Below are positions 8,736-16,135 of a stretch of DNA of 24,000 bases, piece by piece. The notes under the pieces were generated by a model, which saw nothing but the letters and a program-made list of their open reading frames with translations, was not told the origin of the DNA and ran no database searches. Positions within the stretch are counted from its first letter, which is position 1. Every line of letters starts with the position of its first letter. This DNA is from Sulfurimonas sp. (lineage in GTDB: Bacteria; Campylobacterota; Campylobacteria; Campylobacterales; Sulfurimonadaceae), in contig NZ_JBLHOE010000003.1 of the NCBI RefSeq assembly GCF_047622445.1, positions 1,683 through 25,682 on the forward strand. The letters are read 5' to 3'. The position numbers and the translations under genes were made by a program.

Positions 8736-10090
8736 TAAATTATATAGTTTCCTGTAAAACAAGCTGTACAATAGTTGTCAGTTGTAGCATTCACACTTCT
8801 TAAAAGTGAATTTTCATCAAGGTATGCTAAAGAATCAGCACCAATATAGTCACAAATTTCTTGTGTTGTCATATTTGCTGCAATAAGGTTTTCTTTATCT
8901 GGAGTATCAACCCCATAAAAACATGGATCTGTTGTTGGTGGTGAAGAAACACGCATATGAACTTCGCTTGCTCCTGCTTCTTTTAACATTCTAATAATTC
9001 TTTTTGAAGTGGTTCCACGTACAATCGAATCATCAATTACAATTACACGTTTTCCTGCGATTACGCCAGGCATAGGCGAAAGTTTCATTTTCACTTTAAG
9101 GTCACGTATCGCTTGTGTTGGCTCAATAAATGTACGACCAATGTAATGGTTACGCATAATTCCCATCTCGTAAGGTATCCCACTTTCTTGAGCATACCCT
9201 ATAGCAGAAGGAACGCCACCATCTGGAACCGGAATAACAACATCAGCATCAACTGGCTGGATATGAGCGAGTTCTTTACCCATATTTTTTCTCATCTGGT
9301 AAACTGATTGTCCAAATACATTTGAATCAGGTCTAGCAAAGTATACATATTCAAATATACAATGCTTTGGTGTTGGCTCAAAAACTTTGATTGATTTAGG
9401 TTTTTTACCTTCTTCAAATATGAGAAGTTCACCTGGTTCAACATCACGGATGAACTCAGCTCCAACAAGGTCAAATGCACATGTCTCAGAAGCAACAATA
9501 TAGCCACCATTTGGAAGACGACCTAAACTAAGAGGACGAAAACCATGAGCATCACGCATTGCGAACATTTTTTTTCTACTTAAAAAGACAAGAGAAAAGG
9601 CGCCTTCGATTTTTTGTACAGCGTCGATAATTCTATCTATAAGTTTATCTTTTTCGCTTTTAGCAATAAGGTGAATTAAGTTTTCTGTATCCATAAAGGT
9701 TTGAAAAATCGCACCTTTTTCGATGAGCTTATTTCGAACTTCTTCTGCATTTGTGAGGTTACCATTATGAACAATTGCCATTTCACCTAAGTCATATCTA
9801 GCAAATACCGGTTGAGCATCAAGTATTGAGTCATCTCCAGCAGTAGAGTAACGTGTATGCCCAATAGCACTTGAACCGCTTAATGTTTTTAGTTTTGCTT
9901 CATCAAAAACACGCATAACAAGACCACGTTTTTTAATAGTGTGAAGTTTTTTTCCATCAGAAGAGCTTATCCCAGCTGCTTCTTGACCACGATGCTGTAA
10001 CGCATGTAAAGAGAAGTAAGCTAATTTAGAAGCTTCTTCATGACCGAATATACCTACCACTGCACATTTTTCATTCATATTTTCGAGCAA
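8735..10090 (-). CDS. purF: Amidophosphoribosyltransferase (glutamine PRPP amidotransferase)
   Basis: 451 aa. The catalytic N-terminal Cys context is CAVVGIFG...LHALQHRGQEAAGI. RYSTAG and the PRPP loop VIVIDDSIVRGTTS are present, as are the C-terminal Fe-S cysteines (CFYGVDTP...CTACFTGNY). The start is TTG at 10090, with AAGGA 7 nt upstream. An alternative ATG lies at 10078. Confidence 0.92.
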   Translation of the reverse strand: MLENMNEKCAVVGIFGHEEASKLAYFSLHALQHRGQEAAGISSSDGKKLHTIKKRGLVMRVFDEAKLKTLSGSSAIGHTRYSTAGDDSILDAQPVFARYDLGEMAIVHNGNLTNAEEVRNKLIEKGAIFQTFMDTENLIHLIAKSEKDKLIDRIIDAVQKIEGAFSLVFLSRKKMFAMRDAHGFRPLSLGRLPNGGYIVASETCAFDLVGAEFIRDVEPGELLIFEEGKKPKSIKVFEPTPKHCIFEYVYFARPDSNVFGQSVYQMRKNMGKELAHIQPVDADVVIPVPDGGVPSAIGYAQESGIPYEMGIMRNHYIGRTFIEPTQAIRDLKVKMKLSPMPGVIAGKRVIVIDDSIVRGTTSKRIIRMLKEAGASEVHMRVSSPPTTDPCFYGVDTPDKENLIAANMTTQEICDYIGADSLAYLDENSLLRSVNATTDNYCTACFTGNYII

Positions 10091-10248
10091 GTTGAAATCC
10101 TTAGAAAATTACTATCTTTAATTGATGCAATTATACTTAAAATATATATAAATAAGCTCAAGCACTAAAGAATTAGTTATATATATTTAGTTAAGCAATG
10201 GAACGAAATATGCTTTTTGATGTAAAATATCTAATACAAGGTAGGTCT

Positions 10249-11052
10249 ATGAAGATTGTTTTACGCAATAATCTTATCCTTATCACTACAGATTTTGAGA
10301 CACTTAATGTCTCTTGGATGAAAGATTTTTTAAATCACCACGCAAGAGGTATGCTTTTTTTACCAAAGGCAGTCCTCGTATTTAGAAATGAAACATTAAC
10401 TGAAGTACGTGAAGATTTTCTTTGTCAGTTAAGTGAATACCATGCTTCGAAAAATGATTTTTCTCATGAATTTTTTCTTCGTTCTATGCTTAAGTATGGG
10501 AATCAACCTATAAAAATTGAACTTGAAGAACTAGAAGAGCCTGAAGTAGTTAAAGTTCAATTATATGCTTATGATAGAGATACGGTACTTATTTCTTTAG
10601 ACACACCAAATTCTTGGGTCATTAATTATCTGCGTTCACAACTTGAAGTGTATGTTGAGAGAGGAACAGATGTTTCTTTAGTCATAGATGTGAAAGAATA
10701 TAAGGCAAAAGCTAGATTGGAACGTGCTTTGAATAAGCGTCATATTTTACATTATCAAATCCAATATACCTATGACAATCATTTTATGTCTAAGTTATAT
10801 TCTGATTTTGCAAATTTTAGTTTTGGGGATTTATGTAAAGAGAGTGAAGATAATGAAAATGTTCAGTTTTATACAATTTTAGAATGTCCAGTAGGTGCGA
10901 GTCAAGATGCACTCAAAAAAAGTTATAAAAAATTAACGAAAGTCTATCATCCAGATAAGATTTTTCATGAAACACCAAATATGGTGAAGCATTACACACA
11001 AAAGTTTCAACTTCTTCAAGAAGCCTATACAGCTCTACGTGTTGTTTCTTAA
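10249..11052 (+). CDS. Protein with a C-terminal J-domain (DnaJ-like co-chaperone) and an uncharacterized N-terminal region
   Basis: The C-terminus reads FYTILECPVGASQDALKKSYKKLTKVYHPDK...KFQLLQEAYTALR, a canonical J-domain with HPD. I prefer the ATG at 10249, preceded by AAGGTAGG. The track ORF starts at 10198. Confidence 0.7.
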   Translation: MKIVLRNNLILITTDFETLNVSWMKDFLNHHARGMLFLPKAVLVFRNETLTEVREDFLCQLSEYHASKNDFSHEFFLRSMLKYGNQPIKIELEELEEPEVVKVQLYAYDRDTVLISLDTPNSWVINYLRSQLEVYVERGTDVSLVIDVKEYKAKARLERALNKRHILHYQIQYTYDNHFMSKLYSDFANFSFGDLCKESEDNENVQFYTILECPVGASQDALKKSYKKLTKVYHPDKIFHETPNMVKHYTQKFQLLQEAYTALRVVS

Positions 11053-11097
11053 ATAAATTCGTCTAAGAGTGCTGCTATAGTTTATAAAGAATTTTGG

Positions 11098-12030
11098 CTA
11101 TATAAATTCTTCTAGAAGCTCTTCTTTTGATATGTTTTTCACAAGTGCTGCAAAATCAGAAGAAGAGTAAAGTGCCAAATCTTTTCCACTTAAGTTTGTT
11201 AACTCTTTAGAAAAGCCCCGTTTAGAAAAGAGAACTATTTGAGTCGGTGTGATTTCCAGTTTCTCACATTTCTCTTGTATCTTATGTAATTCTTTTTTGT
11301 TCACTTGATGGTTTGTCCACTTACATTCGCCAACATAAATCTTTTCATCATCGGTAATTGTGAGAATATCTATCTCAATATTCGCATCCCAATAACTTCC
11401 AGAACTTAAAATTTGAGAATCACGAATATGGTAGTTAAGTAATAATTCTGAGAGTTCTTCATATACTAAACTAGTATATGAGTTTTGTTTGAGTGCAAAG
11501 TCTTTAAATAAATTTTCATAGTTTTTCTCTAATATATCTTTCGTATGAGGAGCTATAAAATAAAACCAAAATCGAATAAATGGTTGTGTGAAAAGTACTT
11601 TATGTGAGATTCTATGTCTTGCAATAGAGCGTTTTAATTTCTTTTTTGGATTGAGACTCTGGGCAGGCTCTTCACGTGAGTACTCTATACTTATAAGACC
11701 TTTTTCTTGAAGAAAGTTTAATGCAGCACCACCATTTCCATTGTTAAGTCCAGCTCTTTTAAAAGCAGAAAATATACGTCTATCACCAATAGCAAGCGCA
11801 CGTAAAAGTCGTTTGTTATTTGATTCATTTAATGTAAGTTCTTCGATTTTTTCGTTGAGAGTAGAAAAATTTTGTAGTATAAGTTCTTCTATAAGATAAG
11901 AAATTGGTTTAGTCGTATCAACATCCCAACCCAAACCACCAAATACAGCGAAGTAGTCTATTTGAGTTTCCATATCATCGGGGTAATTTCTTACATAAAA
12001 AGAACGAAATTGGTTTAAAAGTTTTGACAT
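11098..12030 (-). CDS. DUF234-type protein lacking the usual N-terminal ATPase: winged-helix-like region plus a PD-(D/E)xK nuclease-like C-terminus
   Basis: 310 aa. RLLRALAIGDRRIFS...ALNFLQEKGLISIE looks wHTH-like. FTQPFIRFWFYFI and EIDILTITDDEKIYVGECKWTN (a D...ExK pattern) match the DUF234 C-terminal module of archaeal-type ATPases as I recall it. No Walker A motif is visible. TAAGGTA RBS. The start lies 23 nt downstream of the polymerase gene stop. Confidence 0.6.
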   Translation of the reverse strand: MSKLLNQFRSFYVRNYPDDMETQIDYFAVFGGLGWDVDTTKPISYLIEELILQNFSTLNEKIEELTLNESNNKRLLRALAIGDRRIFSAFKRAGLNNGNGGAALNFLQEKGLISIEYSREEPAQSLNPKKKLKRSIARHRISHKVLFTQPFIRFWFYFIAPHTKDILEKNYENLFKDFALKQNSYTSLVYEELSELLLNYHIRDSQILSSGSYWDANIEIDILTITDDEKIYVGECKWTNHQVNKKELHKIQEKCEKLEITPTQIVLFSKRGFSKELTNLSGKDLALYSSSDFAALVKNISKEELLEEFI

Positions 12031-12053
12031 AAGTTTATTGTACCTTAGTTTTT

Positions 12054-13328
12054 TTAATAGAGCTCACTTCCCCACTTTAAAACATCTATCCCATACTTTT
12101 CTCTTAACTCCTGTGAAGAACTTGTAAGTTTTTTCATTTTTTGATCATCATAAAAGTTTAAAAGGGAAAGTTCTTTTTTTGAATCCCTTGTAAAACTAGA
12201 ACACGTAATACTAAGCCTGATTACATGCAGTCTTTTTTGTGTATCTGCTTCGTTAAATAATTGCATACAAAGTGAGTCGAATTTTTTTTCAGTAAATACT
12301 TCAGCTAAAGATATGTTTTTATGCGATTTTTGATTCATTTCATAAGAAATACCCAGATGAAATACTGTAGGAATAACATTTAGTTTTAAGATGGCATAAC
12401 TAAGGTGGCGAGCAAGTACATGCACTCTTCTTTTAAGTTCAACTCTATCATGTAGAGGATCTATAGTTCTTGAAATACCAATGGACTTTCTTGTATGTGT
12501 AGTTTTTATTGGCGCATCACTCAGTCCACTCACTCGATTATATAAATCTTTTGCATATGGTCCCCAAGACTCAACTGTTCCTCGTCTTTGTCTTAACTCT
12601 CCAAGTGTATGGATATGAACTGATGCCAGTTTTGATTTCATGCTTTTACCAATACCCGCAAAATTACCAACTAGTATTGGGTTGATAAAAGCGTCAAATT
12701 CATGCTCTCTGATTATTTTACATCCAAATGGTTTCGCATATGTAGTTGCAAGCTTCGCAATATATCTTGTTTTTGAAGCGCCTATGGATACTGGTAATTT
12801 TAAGACTTTTTTGATTTCATGTCGAAGATTATCTATGAACTGAGGTACATCTTCATCTTCTATCCATCCAGATACATCTCCATAAAACTCATCAATGCTG
12901 GCTTGCTCAATTAGGGGAATCCTTGCGCATAAGAATTGGTGAAGTTCATGGGAGAGTTTTTGATAAAGGGACATATTTGGTGCTTTTATGATTAAGTGAG
13001 GACATAACTCTAATGCTTCTTTAATGCTCATCGCAGTTTTGATACCATACTTTCTTGCTTCATAACTAGATGTAGTAAGAATACCACGAATACGACCATC
13101 CGCATCTTTAAACGCATTTATGTCATCATCGCTCTTTTCATAGGCTTTATAAAATGTAGGAACAAATGAACCGGAGTTTTCAAAGTTTACAGTTTGCTTT
13201 TTTGCTTCACGCGAGAATATTTTTGTATCACTTCTCCCTCCAATTGCCATGGCTTTATTCTCAAGGGAGGGATCAACAATTCTAGCAGCACTTGCGAAGA
13301 AGCAATCGATATCAATGTGTATTTTCAA
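12054..13328 (-). CDS. dinB: Y-family DNA polymerase (Pol IV/DinB-like) with an internal insertion
   Basis: 424 aa. The start is TTG with AAGGGG 7 nt upstream. IHIDIDCFFASAA contains the catalytic Asp pair, SSYEARKYGIKTAMS is present, and SIDEFYGDV contains the catalytic D-E. GIGKSMKSKL is HhH-like, and a little-finger region follows. Confidence 0.85.
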   Translation of the reverse strand: MKIHIDIDCFFASAARIVDPSLENKAMAIGGRSDTKIFSREAKKQTVNFENSGSFVPTFYKAYEKSDDDINAFKDADGRIRGILTTSSYEARKYGIKTAMSIKEALELCPHLIIKAPNMSLYQKLSHELHQFLCARIPLIEQASIDEFYGDVSGWIEDEDVPQFIDNLRHEIKKVLKLPVSIGASKTRYIAKLATTYAKPFGCKIIREHEFDAFINPILVGNFAGIGKSMKSKLASVHIHTLGELRQRRGTVESWGPYAKDLYNRVSGLSDAPIKTTHTRKSIGISRTIDPLHDRVELKRRVHVLARHLSYAILKLNVIPTVFHLGISYEMNQKSHKNISLAEVFTEKKFDSLCMQLFNEADTQKRLHVIRLSITCSSFTRDSKKELSLLNFYDDQKMKKLTSSSQELREKYGIDVLKWGSELY

Positions 13329-13356
13329 AAAATAAGCCCCTTCTAACGGTTATTTT

Positions 13357-13384
13357 AAAGGTGTATTTATTTTTTATACACTTT
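13357..13384. promoter_or_regulatory. Imperfect inverted repeat AAAG(G)TGTAT-N9-ATACACTTT upstream of the polymerase gene
   Basis: Seen directly, 29-56 nt upstream of the TTG start of the minus-strand polymerase gene. The arms are 9 bp with one bulged G. It is a candidate operator, and no cognate regulator is identifiable. Confidence 0.25.
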
Positions 13385-13609
13385 GTAATGTTGTAAACTA
13401 CTACTATTATTAATGAATAATAAGGGATTTTTTGAGAGAATATTAATTATATGGCAGATTGACATTTTTATCTATGTTGATTTGGTAGCCAATTTTTCGA
13501 CTTCTTTGACTTTTATTGTTTTTTAATCGTTTGAACTTCTACATTTTTTTCACTCAATTTAGCTAAAATACTATAAATAATTAAAAAATATTCTTTAAGG
13601 TATCGCCTA

Positions 13610-13969
13610 GTGTCTATGTTCCAAAAATCAGTTTTAAAAAGTATCAAACGAGATGAAAGTATAGTTGCTCATAGATGGGCAGAATATCAAAACTTATTAA
13701 ATCAGTTAGAGCTTGAAAAAATACCTAAAAAATTACAAAAATTTGATGAGTTTGTAAAAGAATATAAAAAAGTTAAGAAGTTAAAATTTGTGGATAAACT
13801 TGAAGAAAAAAACTTTAAAAATGAGTGGAAAGCACTTTTTGAAAATGACACTAGAATAGTGTTAGATTTAAAATCTCAAATTAAAACGACAGATAAAGAG
13901 ATTAATAGTATGGTTTATGAGCTTTACGGACTTAGTGATGAAGAGATAAAAGTTATTAAAGGTGCTTAA
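13610..13969 (+). CDS. 119-codon ORF that looks like an in-frame deletion remnant of a Type IIG (Eco57I/TaqI-C-terminal type) restriction-modification enzyme, likely non-functional
   Basis: The N-terminal MFQKSVLKSIKRDESIVAHRWAEYQ resembles the conserved N-terminus of large fused RM enzymes. The C-terminal NEWKALFENDTRIVLDLKSQIKTTDKEINSMVYELYGLSDEEIKVIKG matches their signature tail (...EID..VYELYGLTEEEI..VE). The whole ~1000-aa nuclease/methylase/TRD body is missing. Confidence 0.5.
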   Translation: MSMFQKSVLKSIKRDESIVAHRWAEYQNLLNQLELEKIPKKLQKFDEFVKEYKKVKKLKFVDKLEEKNFKNEWKALFENDTRIVLDLKSQIKTTDKEINSMVYELYGLSDEEIKVIKGA

Positions 13970-13970
13970 T

Positions 13971-14465
13971 ATGAATTTAGATAGTATAATTGATAAGGTT
14001 TCACTATCAAAAGAAAAACAAGTATCTTTATTTATATTCTGTGTAATTTTAATTATAGTTTCAAAAAATGATTTTCTTGTAGAGTTCTTTCAGATAGAAA
14101 GTTTGCTACTTAATTTAATGCCAACGATAGCGGTTTTATTATTCTTCTTATTTGGAACAATCATTGGAAAACCTATATATGATTTTTTTAAGAATAAATA
14201 TATTGGATATGTTAATAATAAGAATATGAATATATTTTTACAACAATTGACAAATGATGAAAAAGATATATTAAGATACTATCTTACAGAAAATAAAAGA
14301 ACTCAATATTTAAATATTTCTGATGGTGTAATAAATGGTTTATCTACAAAGGGGTTAGTTTATCGTCCGTCAAATGTTGGATTACCTTATGGCACTGACA
14401 TTGCCTACAATATTCAAGATATAGCATATAATATTTTACAAAAACATCCTGAATACTTGGACTAA
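13971..14465 (+). CDS. Small membrane protein, tentatively superinfection-exclusion-B (SieB, PF14163)-like
   Basis: The ATG at 13971 lies 1 nt after the upstream stop and has an AAAGGTG RBS. The track starts at GTG 13962. There are two hydrophobic segments (VSLFIFCVILIIV and LMPTIAVLLFFLFGTIIG), then LTNDEKDILRYYLTENKRTQYLNISDGVINGLSTKGLVYR, which resembles the SieB-family C-terminal pattern as I recall it. Confidence 0.45.
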   Translation: MNLDSIIDKVSLSKEKQVSLFIFCVILIIVSKNDFLVEFFQIESLLLNLMPTIAVLLFFLFGTIIGKPIYDFFKNKYIGYVNNKNMNIFLQQLTNDEKDILRYYLTENKRTQYLNISDGVINGLSTKGLVYRPSNVGLPYGTDIAYNIQDIAYNILQKHPEYLD

Positions 14466-14483
14466 AAATTTAAAAGGTAAATT

Positions 14484-14708
14484 ATGATTAAAATAGAAGT
14501 TCGTTATGTTAATGGAGACATGAGTGAGTTTGAAGAAAATGATAGTTTTATATCTAATCTCAGAAACTTAGAAAGTAAAGGTCTTGTAGGAAAAGCATTA
14601 ATTGATAGTTTGATAACTGATGACTGGGGTGTTCCTCCATCAGGCATTATTATAAAAGGAAAACGAAGCAATGGTGCTGTTATTAAAGAAGTTATTAACT
14701 ACAATTAG
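14484..14708 (+). CDS. Hypothetical 74-aa soluble protein
   Basis: An AAAGG RBS lies 6 nt upstream, and the gene starts 18 nt after the preceding gene. I recognize no motif. It is acidic in the N-terminal half and basic in the C-terminal half. Confidence 0.45.
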   Translation: MIKIEVRYVNGDMSEFEENDSFISNLRNLESKGLVGKALIDSLITDDWGVPPSGIIIKGKRSNGAVIKEVINYN

Positions 14709-14927
14709 CATTTATTTAAGTTGCTTTTTTTCTCCCAGGCTATGCTTGGGTGTGAAAATTTAACTACTTGACTTACACTATTTTGGTCTTAGATTATTAG
14801 AGCAAATATTATCTTTCCCTCTAACACCATCTCTCATATAAGACTTTTCTAAATTCCCTACTTTTTGCTATACAGCATAACTATAACAAAATAAATAATT
14901 TTAAAAAATTAAGAGATTTCTTTGAAA

Positions 14928-14943
14928 TTCCTAAAATTAGGAA
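14928..14943. promoter_or_regulatory. Palindrome TTCCTAA-AA-TTAGGAA upstream of the J-domain pseudogene
   Basis: Perfect 7-bp arms with a 2-nt spacer, ~70 nt upstream of ATG 15012. It is a candidate operator or dimeric-factor binding site. Confidence 0.2.
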
Positions 14944-15011
14944 GTTTAGAAGAAAAAACAATCCCCTCAACAATCTTCAAAAAGGTAAATTTTTTATTTA
15001 AAGGACAAGAG

Positions 15012-15276
15012 ATGATACAGGCACAAATTGAGAATGAGTTCATAGGTATAGACGGTATAAATGAGGTTAAGAAAATGTACAAAGAGTTAGCAAGAAAAGC
15101 TTCATCCTGATGTAGGAGGCTCAACAGAGCTTTTTAAAATACTAAATACAGTATATAACCATATTTTAGAAAATGGTATCAACTTTTCAAAAGATGGCCA
15201 CTATGATATTACTATAACTATTATAATGTATAAATTCATAGATACTTCATTGTATGACAGGAAGTCATTTTTTTAG
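15012..15276 (+). pseudogene. Small stand-alone J-domain protein gene disrupted by a 1-nt frameshift just before the HPD motif
   Basis: An AAGGA RBS (15001-15005) precedes ATG 15012, which reads MIQAQIENEFIGIDGINEVKKMYKELARKA, then SS-stop at 15108. Skipping one T near 15102 continues as HPDVGGSTELFKILNTVYNHILENGINF... to a TAG at 15274-15276. Joined, this gives a canonical J-domain helix II, HPD motif and helix III. Confidence 0.65.
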
Positions 15277-15289
15277 ACACCTTTAAAAA

Positions 15290-16135
15290 TCAATAACTAT
15301 CAAACTGCTCTTGTATTTTTGCTAAATCGTGATGATGGGCATACAAAGGTTCCATACTACCAAAGCGTACACGTTGCTCAAAAGTGCTATTAATATTTTT
15401 GTAAATTATACCAAGAGGCATTGGTGTTCCTTCAAGTACTTTTTGGATAGCTGCACTAAGGTTACTACTATCGTGAGAGTCCTCTAATATATAGCTATTA
15501 TCTTTAAACCATTTATATGTATTGGTTTTATTGAAGACTACACATGGCTGTAAAATATCTATAAGAGCATATCCCGGGTGTAAAAAAGCGGCTTTTAATA
15601 TCTCTTTTGCATGTTTAATATCTCCTATATTAACACGGGAGACAAATCCAGCTTTTAAAGCTAACGCAACACTTAGAGGATTAAAAGGTTCACTACCGAC
15701 ACCATCAACCTGAACCTTACTTGTAAAACCTTTTTGACTTGTAGGTGAAGCTTGACCTTTAGTAAGTCCATAAACCATATTATTGTGAACAATGTGAACG
15801 ATATTGACGTTACGACGAATCGCATGAAGAAAATGGTTACCACCTTCACCATACATATCACCATCGCCACCTTCAGCTATGACTGTTAACTGTGGATTAG
15901 CGGCTTTTAGGGCTGTTGCAACTGGTAAAGCTCTCCCATGTAAGACACCAAACATGTTTACATCAATATAGTAGGGCGTTTTCGCCGCCTGTCCAATTCC
16001 TGAAACGATAACCGTACTTCCTTTGTCCGCCTCTAATTCAGCAAGAATCTCTGTGACTAGCTTCAATATCCCAAAATTACCACATCCTGGACACCATGCT
16101 ACATCTACATTTTCTCTATTAAATGAATTGCTCAT
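15290..16135 (-). CDS. 2-oxoacid:ferredoxin (acceptor) oxidoreductase, beta subunit (TPP-binding)
   Basis: 281 aa. The Fe-S Cys motif is WCPGCGNFGI. The TPP motif is EGGDGDMYGEGGNHFLHAIRRNVNI..IVHNNMVYGLTKGQ. An ATGA overlap with the upstream alpha gene (16132-16135) indicates translational coupling. Confidence 0.88.
   Translation of the reverse strand: MSNSFNRENVDVAWCPGCGNFGILKLVTEILAELEADKGSTVIVSGIGQAAKTPYYIDVNMFGVLHGRALPVATALKAANPQLTVIAEGGDGDMYGEGGNHFLHAIRRNVNIVHIVHNNMVYGLTKGQASPTSQKGFTSKVQVDGVGSEPFNPLSVALALKAGFVSRVNIGDIKHAKEILKAAFLHPGYALIDILQPCVVFNKTNTYKWFKDNSYILEDSHDSSNLSAAIQKVLEGTPMPLGIIYKNINSTFEQRVRFGSMEPLYAHHHDLAKIQEQFDSY

Noticed and set aside
8736-8771. Longer start for the radical SAM gene (track ORF to 8771), overlapping purF by 37 nt
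   Set aside because: The ATG at 8735 forms a TAATG stop/start junction with purF, and the conserved region begins right after it. The 12 extra codons have no support.
11077-11103. AAGAATTT-N9-AAATTCTT stem between the convergent J-protein and DUF234 genes, and a similar 6-bp stem at 7773-7789, as bidirectional terminators
   Set aside because: The stems are short, made entirely or mostly of A/T, and overlap stop codons. They are too weak to call from sequence alone.
14734-14750. Hairpin CCCAGGC-TAT-GCTTGGG after the 74-aa ORF as a rho-independent terminator
   Set aside because: The T-run (14724-14730) precedes the stem rather than following it on the plus strand. On the minus strand the stem is followed by A's. 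It therefore does not fit an intrinsic terminator in either orientation and may still be a structural element.
14922-15011. N-terminal extension of the track ORF 14922-15110 (MKFLKLGSLEEK...)
   Set aside because: There is no RBS at 14922. The internal ATG at 15012 has an AAGGA at ideal spacing, and the J-domain homology begins only after it. The overlapping minus-strand ORF 14909-15124 is likewise judged spurious.
15099-15111. Possibility that the J-domain frameshift is programmed (+1) recoding
   Set aside because: The site (GCT TCA TCC TGA) lacks a slippery codon/tRNA-shift context like the prfB CUU-UGA type, and no stimulatory SD lies upstream. A simple indel or a sequencing error is more parsimonious.
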